Assembly: GCA_001724265.1 (NCBI GenBank)
Contig: MEDY01000089.1
Span: 62,001-126,000, forward strand
Source: Rhizaria sp. SCN 62-66
Taxonomy: Eukaryota
Length of the DNA: 64,000 nucleotides
Direction: 5' to 3'
The notes under the pieces were generated by a model. That model made no database searches. It saw only the letters and a list, made by a program, of their open reading frames with translations, and was not told where the DNA came from. Below, one piece after another: positions 13,615 through 25,843 of the stretch. A program made the position numbers and the translations under genes. The first letter of the stretch is position 1. Each line of letters opens with the position of its first letter.

Positions 13615-14651
13615 TGGGCGTGTAAAGAAGGCTTAAAGCTTAGACAAAGCTTCAAAGGTGGTCGGAGGGGAAGGATAGCGCTTGCTTGGTGCCTGGAAGG
13701 AAGGCTGGTTGGGGGGCTTCTGGGGAAGCGACCAGACCAAGAAAAGCGGGAAGAAGAACGACAGTCGGTGCAAACAAGCAAAACCAAACGTAACTCACTA
13801 AACCAGATAATTCCGGTCTTTTGTTAGTGAGCTAGGTTGGTTTCACACTGTAGCGGACGGCGAAAGAAAAGGTCTAGGAAAAACCGCTCGTCTTTCGTGG
13901 TTGTTTGCTCGGTCCACGGTGCGGTCAAAAGACGTCGATTTTTCGCGAACCGGTCCAGGTCGCGGTCATTTCTGTCTTTCGATACTATGGAGCACGTTAA
14001 ACAAAAGTAATCTTCCTAAAAGTATAAAGTGATTATTTAATTACATTTGGCATACACATAACACACTGTATCATTGCATGCTCCGCAATACTGCGCCTTA
14101 TAAACCAGATTATTTACTTTCACCACAAACGTTTTTCGTTTATTCTTCGACTGACTGGTGACAATTCTCTACAAATTCAAGTCGTGACGTGTCATAAAAG
14201 GCTTCGCTAGAGTTAACCAACGGGTATACGTCGTGGCATCTGCGTATAAACGACTCATATCTCGCATTGGTGTGATTGGCCATGCTTAGTCGGTGTATTG
14301 CGAGTGTTGCTGTGCACCTTTCGTTGTGACTCTGAAAAGAATCCATCAAGATCAAAGACACATAGCTCGAATCTATAAACACACACAAGCACAGCAATCT
14401 TGCATTAGTTAGGCTATTCGTACATTCCACTGGTTAGTCGACCTCACACTGTCGATGCAACACTTGCACCGGAAGTCACAGCCGAAGACGTTCTTCGACT
14501 ATATAACATGTTTAGAGCGCGTACGATTTCGCTCTCTCCAAAACCGCGTTCACACAATACAGACACATAATCGTTCAGACCTCCATGTTTTGGATTCGAC
14601 CAACAAGATCTCTAAGATGTGTCCACGACATCCGCATGAACACATTAAACA

Positions 14652-15608
14652 TCAGCACAAGCAGCAGCCCCCACTCTACCGGCGGCCGCTCACCCCGTCG
14701 GCGAGCGTGGGCGACACGCTGGCGAGCCGCTCAACCAGCGCGGCGTAGAGCTGGTCGTGCTCGGGGTCGGCGAGGGCGCCCAGCTCCTTCAGCTTGCGCA
14801 GTTGCGTCAGGCGCTCCGCCGTGAACACGCGCTCGACGGTGTCGGCAGCGGGCAGGGCGGCGGCGGCGGCCAACAGGTGCAGCATGTCCGCGCGCGCGGC
14901 GTCAACCGAGGTGCAGAGGCCCAGCGCGAACTCGAGCGCGGGGCTCAGCGCCACGGCTTCGATGTCGGCGGCGTAGCGCGCCTGGTTCTTGCGGAGGATC
15001 TGCGACAACACACGGAGCGCCGTTTGGCTGAGCTTGAAGGCCTCGTGCGCGAGGTTCGCGCTGGGCACGGCGGCGGCCAGCGCGGCGCGCAGCGCGGCCA
15101 CGATGTCGTCGCGCGCGTCGTCGGACAAGGCCGGCGCGTCGGGGGAAAGGACGAGCGCGCTCAGGACGTCAGTGATCGCTCGCGACTCCTCAATCCGCGC
15201 CGATTCATCGATATTGCGGCGGAGGCGCGCGGTGAGCTTGGCGAGTGTCGCGGGGGTCGCCAGGCGCGCACCAGTGGCCGCATTGGTGCGCGTAATCTTG
15301 GCGAGAGAGCCGAGGAGCAGCGCCTTGGCGCTCTCCTGGTGCGGGCTCGCGAGCAGCTCACACACGGTCTCGACGAGGCCGCTGTCGAGAAGTGCGGCAC
15401 AGCCAGCGGCGGTGCGGGTGAAGCAGACCAGGACCCCAGCCACAATCTCGGACCCGCGCGAAAGCGCGTTGTCGTCCATTGCGGAGACGAGCAGCTTGAA
15501 CAGCGAGGGGAACGTGTTGTTCTCGATGCACAACTGCAAGAGCTTCGCAAAATCCTCCTCCGTCTCGGCCTCATCAACATCGAAACGGAGTTTGCTGGCC
15601 ATAAACAT
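14652..15608 (-). CDS. ARM/HEAT-like helical protein; 310 aa to TAG (14678-14676), or 318 aa ending ...GRR(X)SGGCCLC-TGA if TAG is read through
   Basis: Strong GC3 bias and Leu/Ala-rich amphipathic helices (GCAALLDSGLVETVCELLASP). After the TAG the frame reads AGT GGG GGC TGC TGC TTG TGC TGA. The start is uncertain; an upstream exon is possible. Confidence 0.75.
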
Positions 15609-16056
15609 GGCTTCTGAGCCAGACAGCGTAGCGATCCCCTTTAATGTTGGCTAGACAGCCCAGACATGAATAGGCATTCTAGTTCGTTGCCGAATGAAGA
15701 GTGTGTCGCGAATAAAACGAGAGGAGGTGAGCCCGCTGTAGGAAGGCGACGATTTCAGGATTTCGGGTACTAGCTCAGTATGATAAACAGCAACAAGCCA
15801 GGTGAAATTTCGAGATTATATACAAAGCATAGATTATTCTTCGAATACACAACCAAATAGCGACATGACGTGCAATTTGCAGATTTATATGGGCAGTTGA
15901 ATCTGGAGAAGAGGCACCTGTCGCAGTCTGCTATGTCAGACCTCGTGACGACTTGAAGAAGTGCTTTTAAGTCCTCAGTGTCGATGATCAGCTCCAGTAG
16001 CAACAGACAGTAGTATTTTTGTACCTTATTGGCATTGACCCTGCCATATGTTTGAC

Positions 16057-16954
16057 TTAATTTCCGATAGGATATTTTATAAGTACGACTGTTGTAGCTA
16101 TCATTAATGACAGTATTGCAGACGACAACAATGGAGCTTGACTAGCGATTACAATGTCATGCGCGCTTTTCCACGACTCGATGTCAACGCGAGCTATGGG
16201 CGTGGGGGGCTGGAATAACGGCATTAAGCTTTGAACAAAACCACCGTCTAGGATGCGACACGCTAACGTGTGCAAAACGGCGGAAAGGCGTGCAAGAAGG
16301 GCGGTGACCAACTTTGTATGCCTCTTGAAGAGGTTGAGGTCAGAATAGATCTGCCTCAACATTGTAAGGCGCGACACTAAACATATCTGTCCCACTGCTG
16401 CGGTCGATTGTAGAGTTGCCGCGCTGTTTAGCAACTGCCGAAGAGCAACGTATGTGCTACTTGAGATGTGGCTGCTGAACAGTATGAACTCTATCGCGTG
16501 ACTCAGTGCAACAATCTCAAGGCTGGCCGCGTAATGCACATGGCCGCTGTAAAAATGCAGGCAATGACCTACAGAGCGTTGTAGCATGCATGTAATTTGT
16601 CACGGGACTGATTATTCGCGGTCATGGTTGAAAGGGCAGAGATGAGAGATCTACCAATTGTGATACCAGGAAGGAAGCAATGTCGCATGACTAAGCGATC
16701 AAACTAGAGTAGCTAACGATTGTGCTAAGGAGTTTGCAGACGCTAAAAGCCACGTCATCACGGTACACAATGCTGGCGAGAGTGCCGGGTAGGTCAAAAT
16801 TAATGCACATAGGCATGCAGAGCAAAATACGGAGAGAGCGAAGAGCGGGCCATTGCGCTCGTGAATCAGCAAAATGCATTGACAAGATACAACCACATAC
16901 TGCACCAAAGTACATATCGCGCGTGTGTTGCATTGCCAACACGCCGCCAATCAT
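16057..16954 (-). pseudogene. Decayed tandem paralogue of the adjacent ARM-like gene
   Basis: HYAASLEIVALSHAIEF aligns with RYAADIEAVALSPALEF. LLNSAATL...RLTMLRQ...HTKLVTALLARLSAVLHTLA aligns with LLAAAAAL...RLTQLRK...HDQLYAALVERLASVSPTLA. Homologous pieces lie in three frames (at least two frameshifts) and the GC3 bias is lost. Confidence 0.7.
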
Positions 16955-17158
16955 GATTCTCGTAACTCGTGTACCTGCATGTACCTGATGCCCAGTTCAC
17001 AGATAAACCCATAGATACGGCGACTTATCAAAATAGTACACTACATTTCAAAGCAAAAATTTACCGCACACGCGCTGAAATACAAACGATCGATTTCATA
17101 GACGTGTAGTTGCGATCAGCAAAACCTCACCTCGCACTCATCTGCCCAAGGATGAATC

Positions 17159-17190
<32 letters not shown>

Positions 17191-17918
17191 TGCACAAGCT
17201 CAGCGGCTGGCGACTGCATTATTTCGAAGACATCGAGTGCGCGGCGCCCATCATCGAAACGCGACTTGGCGAAAGTATACGATAGGTCTTCTTCACTTCA
17301 CGAGCTTGGATATTTTGTATGCCGTCTTGTGACTGTGTGACTGTGTTTTAATCCACAATTGGCACGGCTGTGTGAGCCGGCGTATGCCGTCACAAGCTTT
17401 GCTTGTTTCTGACTTCCACCCGACCATTTTCGCTCGATGCAAGCTATAACGTCTCTTGCAAGGTATAACCCTAGTTTTAATGTTATTCCCGATGCGTATA
17501 TTGCCTAAGTCCTTCTTTAAACCCCCACCCACCCTTATCTTTCCTTCTCTTTCCTGCCCCAGTCAAGCTCGCCGACTTGAGCCTGACGCGGCCACTGCGA
17601 GAGCCTTACAGTTACGCAAAGCGAGAGCTAAGCACGGCTAGACCCGCAATACTATATCACACACGTTCGCACTTCTTTGTGCGACGAGTTCATTTCGAGC
17701 AGCAACACCTAAGCTCTGTTTTCGAGCCTCTCTTCCCACTAGGAGTTGGAGTCCTGAGTTCGCTTTTCCTCATCGCAAACGATCCCAAGCGGACCCACGC
17801 GCGCACACAGGAGCTAAGCTCGTCGACTAACCCTCTACCGCTCACTTTTGCCCGCTTTTGCGCGCCAGCCTTCCGCTCCTGCCACCCGCTGCACCTACTG
17901 TGAGCACGCGCCTGTCAG

Positions 17919-20845
17919 ATGAGCTCTAAAACTAAGCTTCAGCAACAACCGCAGTTACAGCCCCAGCAGCAGCCCTCGCAGCCCGCCCATGAGCACGATG
18001 CGGCCGGCGCGGACGGCGACGCGCCGGTGTTGGTGACGCCCGAGACGACGGCGGCGATGCGGGCCGCGATGGCACAAATCGCCGTCGCCACACAGGGGCT
18101 CGACGCGTTTGACTCTGACGCCGACGGGGGGTCGGACTCGGGGGTGCACACGGACGACGACGACGACGACCACGAGTATGAACACGAGCTGGACGACCAC
18201 GAGCACGGCCACGACGCTGGCCGCCGGAGCACGCACGGCAAACCGTCTCACCACGGTCACAACGATGGAGTGAAGGCTGCGGCGACTGCGGCTGAGACTG
18301 AGCAAAAGCAGCAGAAGCTCGGACAGGAGGACGAGGAGGAGGACCACGCGATTATCAACGACGACGATGAGCACAACCAGCTCCACAACGCGCACGCGAA
18401 TGTCAGCACCGGAGACAACGCTGCCGTCGCGGTCCCAGTTGTGGTCATCACCAAACCTGCCAAGACGACTGTTACGGCGACGACGGCTGAGACGGCTGAG
18501 ACGGCGGAGACCGGCGGCATGACTGCGAGCACTAGCATGACCACCGTGGGCAACAACAACAACAGCAGTTTTGCCGGCGCCAAGTCCATCTTCCGCCGGC
18601 GCAAGGTCAAGATTCCACGCCACCTCAAGACCAAGCACCGCAAGATCGACCGCGCGCATCCCGAGTTCGAGCTCACCTACGACATGATGCTCGGCATCCG
18701 GACCACGGTCAGCATGGTTGAAGCGAAGCCGCACCACGCGCTCTACCCCAAGGACTACACAGCCGAGATGAAGCTGCGCTTCCCAGGTACGGACTAGAAC
18801 AAACAGAGCACATGAAGACATTGATATCCCATGTTTGCGTTTAAACGTTGATTGAATGTCCAGAATATCACGGCTTACATTTTCTACACTCAACATTCTC
18901 ATCATCCACACACAATCTTTCTTTCCTATCCTTCATTGCGCTATTTCTCTTCTTAGGCAACGGCTCGCCGATGACCCCCGCGCACGCAGCCCGCGACTTC
19001 AAGTTTAAGGACTACTGTCCCGAGGTCTTCCGGCACATCCGCGCCCGGTTCGACATCGATCCGGCGGAGTACCTGCTGTGCGTGTGCGGCAACTTCGAGT
19101 TCCTCGAGTTCATCAGCAACTCTAAGTCGGGCCAGTTCTTCTTCTACTCGCACGACCGGCGCTACATGATCAAGACCGTTTCACAGGGTGAGTCTAAGTT
19201 CCTGCGCAAGATCTTGCCGGAGTACTACGCGCACATCATGGCGCACCCCAACACGCTGCTCACGCGCTTCTTCGGCATGCACCGCGTCAAGCCGCACAAG
19301 AAGCGTGAGCAGCACTTCCTCATCATGGGCTCGGTCTTCTACACTCAACGCACCATGGACCTCGTCTTCGACCTGAAGGGCTCCTCGCAGGTAGGTCGAA
19401 ACTTCTCATTAGAGTCAGAAACGAACAACTTTGCAAAATTCTTCACCGTTCGCTTTTATTATATGACGGTTATATGAAATGTATGATGATTTATTCAATT
19501 GGCGAACACATATCTTGCCATTTCTAACTTTTTTCCCCCTGCTTTTTGTCCCTTTCCCCAGGGCCGCAACGCGACTGAGGCGGAGAAGAAGCAGCAGGGC
19601 GGCTGCGTGCTCAAGGACAACGACTTCGTGGCGATGAACACGCGCCTGTCACTGGGCCCGACGCTGGGCGCGGCGCTGACGCAGCAGATCGCGGCCGACG
19701 TGGCGCTGCTCGAGCGACTCAACATCATGGACTACTCGATGCTGCTCGGCATTCACGACACGGCCGCGCGCGTCGGCGTCGCCCTCCCGGCTCACGTGCT
19801 CTCCCCTAACGGCAGCCATCACGCCGGCGCCGGCGCTGGCGTTGCGGGCGCCGGTGCCGCTGCTGCTGCCGCGGGCGCGGGCACAGGCGCATCTGGGAGC
19901 CCTCATGTAAGTGGCGGCAATCTAAGGGGGTCTGTGTCCGCGCCCGCGTTTATCACGACACACCCCAACAACCCCGTTTTCAACGCCAACAGCAACAACG
20001 GTCACAACAACAACAGCATCGGCAATAGCAACCTAGCTGACCACAGTGCTAGCCCTGCCACAGGTTCGCCGTATGGCCCCGAGACGCCCGGTGTGAACGC
20101 CAACGCTAGCAGCAGCGCCAACGGCCACGGCAACACCAACCAGTTTGCGACCGCGACTGCGAGCGCGAGCGGCGCTAACTCCTCGTTCAGTCTCAACTTT
20201 AACGGCGGCGACGGCGTGAATGCTGGCGGCGATGGCAGCAACGGCGAGTTTGTCTTCAACGGTGACGAGTCCAACCTGGAGGCCCAGGGCCCCCCGGCGG
20301 CCGTTATCGCCGCCGCCGCCGCCGCCTGCGGCATCAGCGCCGCCCACATCAACACGTATACCAACTCCAGCGCTGCCGCTGCCGCTGCCGCCTCGAGCTC
20401 CCCCACGGCCAGCGCCGCGCTGAGCGAGGCCGAGGCTGAGGCGGCCGCGGCAATCGCCGCGCTGTCGCGGTCACTTCTCGAGGTAGTGATTGAGGGCGGC
20501 CACTACTGGTACCTGGGCGGGGTGTACTACGACCACACGGGCACCATCGCGGCCTACGACGACGACGATGACGACGACGGCGACAACGGTGACGACGGCG
20601 ACGCCCAACAGAAGTCCGAGACCGACACCAACGCGAGCGCTGCTGTTGCGACAGAGAGCAGCAGTAGCCTGGCTCTCGGTCAGCTGCCAGCGGTGGCTGA
20701 GGCCGAGGCCGAGGCCGAGGCCGAGACCGCCACCTCATCTGCCTCCACCGACTCGCCTCTCAAGAGTGAGGCGAGGCCTGAGACCAAGTCCAACGCCGAC
20801 GCCGACGCCGACGCTGACGCTGAGACTGAGGCTAAGAAAGCTGGC

Positions 20846-20921
<76 letters not shown>

Positions 20922-23900
20922 GCAGCAGCAGCAGCAGCCTGAGCAAGAGTCTGCCGCCACCAAGAGCATTGTAGAGACTCGCGACGCCGACGCCGACGCC
21001 CACGCCCAGACCAAGTCCAAGGCCGGCGCCGCTGACGACGACGAAGGCGACGTCGAGGGCGGCGACGTCAGCGGGCCCTTAGTCAAGAGCGTGAGCACCC
21101 CCTTAGCCATGGGTGTCGGGGTAAGTAGCCCCCAGGGCGGCGCGCGCGGCTCGGTGCAGTTCCACAACGCGGCCGCGCTGGACCCAGCGTTCTCGCTCGC
21201 GCTCAAGCAGCGGAAGCAGCAGCAACAGCAGCAGTTACAGCAGCAGCAGCAGCTTGCGTCCAATGCGCCTGAGACCGCCGACACCAACTATGTTGACGCC
21301 GACGCCGACGCCGACGCTGGCGGTGACGGTCAGACTGATGGCCCCGTCACGCCGACCCGCCGCCGCAGCCTCAATGCCACCATCAACGCCACCAAGTCGC
21401 CCGCGAACGGCACTGGCACCGCGTTCAACTCGCCCGCCGCCGTCAACGCGGGCACTCTGGAAAACGCGAGCACGATGCGGCCCCCCGCACACCTGGGCGC
21501 GCTCACGGTCAGCTCTCCCTCGATCTCGCGCACCGGCCTCCCCACCAACGCCAACAACAACGCCAATGGGAACGCAGCTGCGGCAGACTCTCAGTCGCAG
21601 CCATCATCGCAGGTCCCGTCGCAAATGCCTGCGTTCTCGCGCGCGGTCTCGAACCTCTCGCACAGTAGCAGCAGCAGCAGCGTCGGCAGCAGCGGCGCGC
21701 AGACCACGACCCACGCGGACCGGCTGCGCTCGCAGCTGGCGCGCTCGGGCACGCTCGGCAACCTGCGTCTCCTGCCGCCTAACACCACCACTAACGCTGC
21801 CGCCACCGCCGCTGCCGCCAACGGCTCCACTGCTCTGACCGCCAACAGCAGCAGCAGCAGCAGCTCGCTCGCCGCCAACGCCGGTGCCGGCGCCACTGGT
21901 GCAAGCGCAGGCGTCGTGGGTAGAGGCAGCAGTTTGAGCGTGAGCGGCGCCGAGGGGCCGGTCGTCAGGCGCAGTGTTATCGTCCACGTCGCCGCACACG
22001 GCCACCTGCAGCCGCCTGCGACCGCCACCGCTGCGGGCGCGAGCGCCGGCGGCGCCAGTGCCAGCGCCGCGGACGCCACTGCCGCCGCTGCCGCCGCCGC
22101 GGTGGCTGCCGGTGACGTTAGCGGGCAGCAGTCGCAGCAGCAGCACCACAGCGGGCTCGTGCCCCGCCACCCGCACACAGCCAGCGCCAGCGCCAACGCC
22201 ACCGCGAGCGCGGGCGACGACAAGAACAATACCGCTGCTGGCTCTGGCGTTGGCTCTAGCTCCGACGCGCTCGCGGCCTCCGCCTCTGCATCCAGCTCGA
22301 CTGGCGCTGGCGCTGGCGCTGGTTCTGGCGCGGGCGCGGGCGCTGCGACGGTGCCAGTGGGGGCGTTCCGGTCGTCCCTGGTGCTGTTGCAGCCTCTGTC
22401 GGCTCACACCGCCAGTTCTACCACGAACGCCGCCGCCGCCGAGGCCAAGACTCACGCGGCGCAGACGTACACGGGAGGGACAAGGCACGGAAGCATAAGC
22501 GGCGGCATCGGCGTCACCGCGCTCAAGGGCAAGTCATTCGCGCACTACTCCACGCTCCCCGCGGCCTCCGCGGCGCACAGCAACGCTGCCACGGGCAATG
22601 CCAACGCTACGACCAACCCCAACTCGACGACAAACGCTAGCAGCGCAAATGCGAGCGCTAATGCGAGTGAGAGTGCGCACTATGCGATCCCGCTCAAGTA
22701 CGACGTCAAGGCGCGGCCCACGACGGCGGGCGGCGCGGGCGGCAAGTTCGTCGCCTCTGCCGCGCCGACCGAGGAGGAGCTCCAGCGCCTGCTCACTGTC
22801 ACCGACACCAACAACACCGCCACCGCTGCGACGGCGACTACGAGCGCGAGTGCGAGTGACGAGGCGGGCGTGGCTGAGGGCGCGCCCGTCGTTGGCACGC
22901 TGGGCGACGGCGACAGCACTGGCGCCGGCAACGCTGGCATGACTGCGACTGAGATCGTGCGCGCCAGAGCGTTGTCCAAGACCCAGCAGCATCAGCAGCA
23001 ACAGCAACAGCAACAACAGCAGGAGCAGGCGGCTGACAGCACTGCCGGCAACGGCAACGGCAGCGCTACTCAGTCTGACGCTAATGAGGGCACCAGCGCT
23101 CCTGCTGGCCGTGGTGCTGAGACTGTGAGTCCCGCTGACGTCACTGTCGCTGTGGTGACGGCTGGCGACGAGGCGGACAAGACTGCTCAGAGCACCACCG
23201 CAATCAAGCCTGACGCGGCTGCGGCTGCTGCTGCTGCGACCACACTCGCTGCGCCTCTCCCGGTTGCCGCCACTGTCGCTACAGGCGCTGCCGACGACAA
23301 CAAGAGCGCAGGGGCTGGCAAGTCTGCCACTCCTGCGACCGCGGCAGACGGCAACAAGAGTGCTGCAAATGATGACGTGTCTGCGAAGCCTGCGACTGCG
23401 GCTGCGGCGACTCAAAGTCAGGCCGCGTCGTCATCATTGGCTAGCAGTACTGATGCGAATGTTAAGGCGACGGCTAGCGCCAGCGCTGGCAAGGATGGCG
23501 ATGAGATGACGAAGCCTGATGCCGCTACTGCTAATACCAAGCCCGCCACCGCCACTGCCACTGCCACTGCGGCCACGTCTGCAACTGCGGCCGCGACCGC
23601 GGCTAAGCCCGCCGCCCCCAAGCCCACCACGGCTACTGCTGCTGGATCTAGCGCGCGCCCCGCAGCTGCCTCAACTGCAGCCGCAACCGCTGCGCCGCGT
23701 GTGGCGACTGGGCTGCCGTTCGAGCCGGCGTACTCGATCTTCATGCGGGATGACGGCGGCGTGCGCGGCCGCGACGCCGCGGGGCGCCACACGAACCTGG
23801 TCTACTACTTTGGGCTCATTGACATCCTCACGTTATACAACTGGAAGAAGCGCGGAGAGAGCTGGTTTAAGGGGCTGACGCACAATAAGGACGAGATCAG

Positions 23901-24069
23901 CGCAGTGCACCCGAAGAAGTACGCACGCCGCTTCATCGAATACATGCGCAAGGGCACCGACATGCCCGACGGTGCGGCGTCCCCCGGCAGCACCGCTGCC
24001 GCTGCGTCAACTGCCGCGGCTGCAGCGCCCGCTTCGGCCGCTGCTCCGGCTGCTGCGAAGAGGAAGTAA
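17919..24069 (+). CDS. Phosphatidylinositol phosphate kinase (PIP5K/Mss4 type) with a very large kinase insert; apparent 1-nt frameshift at about 20921 in a CAG tract (about 1936 aa corrected)
   Basis: Exons 17919-18786, 18957-19390, 19562-24069. Motifs YDMMLGIR, FKFKDYCPEVFRHIR, SKSGQFFFYSHDRRYMIKT, TLLTRFFGMH, FDLKGS, LKDNDF, IMDYSMLLGIH, and C-terminal YYFGLIDILTLY...ISAVHPKKYARRF. Stop TAA. Confidence 0.93.
20849..20937 (+). repeat. (CAG)24-AG-(CAG)5 trinucleotide microsatellite (polyQ) inside PIP5K
   Basis: Read directly; the single missing C shifts the reading frame. Confidence 0.95.
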
Positions 24070-24537
24070 AAACAACGCAGGCAGTGACGGCGTGAGCGAG
24101 CACAACATTTTTGTGCTTTTATGATATATGTACAGTTTTATATGATCGTATTTTAATGTTTTCAGAATGCAAATCGGCGCCAGGAAACTAAAATTGGCCG
24201 TCTTGAATGTGAATTACGAAATACACTCGAGTTTTATTCACCGTGATGAGTCACGTCGAGCAGTTGCAGGTCCTCTTTGATCGGTCGAATGCTTGAGAAA
24301 ACGATCATTATCTCGACCAAAGTATCGTTGCAAGTTACTTACAGCAAAGTATACGTTTTTATTTGAATGTGTATATTTACTCCTTTTATAATATCATCAA
24401 ATATTTGACTTATCCCGCAAAATCCTTCTTCAAAATAGCCACACTTTCTAGCCACAGCGTGCTCGTCACCAGCTCAGCTTTCGACCACACCTCGCGACAC
24501 CCAGCGCACAGGCTTGTGCATATCCTAAGCTAGCGCT

Positions 24538-25494
24538 ATGACGACATACACATTTACCCCGAATCAGGTGGTGCAGTTCGGTTTTGCGCTCTCCTCGGCG
24601 CTCTACCTCGTCGCCAACATCTACTTCTGGCTCCGCTCGCGCGCCGCCGCCGCGGACAAAGTAACTGCCGAGTACTTGGGGGACTGCGACGCCGCGGGCG
24701 CCTACCACTCCCCCGCGGCCGCGGCCTCGCTGAGCCTGTCCTCGGGCGACTCGTACGTGGGCTGCTTCTCGCACGGCCAGTTCCACGGTGAGGGCGAGTA
24801 CAAGTTCGCTTCGGGTGTCACGGTCGCTGGCGTGTTCGACCAGGGCGCCATCGCGGGCCGCGGCACGGAGCTCTTTCCCACGGGCGCCTGGTACCGCGGG
24901 CCCTTTGTGAACGCGCGCCGCGACACATCGCTGTCGCAGCAACAGTCCAACAGCGCGAGCAACAAGACCAACAGCAGCAAGCAAGTCACTGTCCCCGGAG
25001 GCTCTAGCTCTGGCGCGACGGCTGCCGGCGCGGTGTTGGCGACGGGCCCCGAGGGCCGCTGGGCCGCGACGACGGGCGCCTTCCACAAGGGCCTTCGCGA
25101 CGGGCCCTGCGTGACGTGGCTGCGCGACGGCAGCCGTCGCGAGTGCGTGTACGCCGCGGGGGTGCTGCACGGCCCCGCGGTGCTGCGACTGGCCGCGCCG
25201 GCCACGGCTGCCGTCCCCGCCAACGCGGTGCTGCCACAGGCGCAGGCGCAACACGCGGCGTCCGACTCTATCGACGAGAGTGCTACCGTGACCGCGAGTG
25301 CGAGCGCGAGCGCGACTGCTGCTGCGGTACAAGAGGCGTACGCGGGTGCAGTCGTGATAGTGGAGCGGTGGGTAAAGGGCCGCAAGGTGTGGGAGATGCC
25401 CGTGCCGTCGGGCGACAGCGCGGACGTGGCGGCGGCGCTGGCGCAGATGCCAACGAACGCGCAGCTCGCCGCAATGAGTAAGGTCAGCACATGA
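24538..25494 (+). CDS. MORN-repeat protein with N-terminal hydrophobic anchor, 318 aa
   Basis: Hydrophobic VVQFGFALSSALYLVANIYFWL; MORN repeats GDSYVGCFSHGQFHGEGEYKFASG, TVAGVFDQGAIAGRGTELFPTG, WYRGPF, GAFHKGLRDGP. Stop TGA. Confidence 0.85.
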   Translation: MTTYTFTPNQVVQFGFALSSALYLVANIYFWLRSRAAAADKVTAEYLGDCDAAGAYHSPAAAASLSLSSGDSYVGCFSHGQFHGEGEYKFASGVTVAGVFDQGAIAGRGTELFPTGAWYRGPFVNARRDTSLSQQQSNSASNKTNSSKQVTVPGGSSSGATAAGAVLATGPEGRWAATTGAFHKGLRDGPCVTWLRDGSRRECVYAAGVLHGPAVLRLAAPATAAVPANAVLPQAQAQHAASDSIDESATVTASASASATAAAVQEAYAGAVVIVERWVKGRKVWEMPVPSGDSADVAAALAQMPTNAQLAAMSKVST

Positions 25495-25786
25495 GCGGGC
25501 GCAGCGTTACTGCAAGAGTTCAAGTGGTAATTTCCGTGCAGGTTCAAGACGTAATGAGAAGTCAAAACAGGCCAGAGACTGGGCCAATGTATTAATGATG
25601 GCGTGTTCTGTAACATACACACATTTTACTTCGATACGTACTATCACAATTCGGGTTTCTTGCTTAGCTTCAACATTCAGCAATCATCAATCGGCCGAAT
25701 TAACACAAGATTGAATAATCAGGACAATTTATTTGCCAGCAATTACACATATTAATTTTAAATACCAGGCACACAAGGTGTTCTAT

Positions 25787-25830
25787 AGTCAGTAATAGAA
25801 AAGGCGGGCCCGCCTTTTCTATTACTGACT
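25787..25830. repeat. Perfect 44-bp palindrome (22-bp arms, no spacer)
   Basis: AGTCAGTAATAGAAAAGGCGGG followed directly by its exact reverse complement CCCGCCTTTTCTATTACTGACT. Confidence 0.97.
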
Positions 25831-25843
25831 CTACATTTTGCGC

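Noticed and set aside
15652-15654. In-frame TAG 15 codons upstream of the ARM-like ATG
   Set aside because: It could be a splice acceptor or 5' UTR sequence. There is no homology to show the upstream frame is coding.
17159-17182. Poly(T) run
   Set aside because: Simple homopolymer in a divergent intergenic region, with no associated element visible.
18795-18797. TAG ending the first PIP5K ORF (also the TAG ending the 32403-32786 ORF)
   Set aside because: These lie inside introns with good donors and acceptors.
20972-20974. TAG ending the 19499-20974 ORF as a fourth readthrough case
   Set aside because: Reading through in that frame meets another TAG and then TGA and never reaches the kinase C-lobe. 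The 1-nt loss in the CAG tract explains it.
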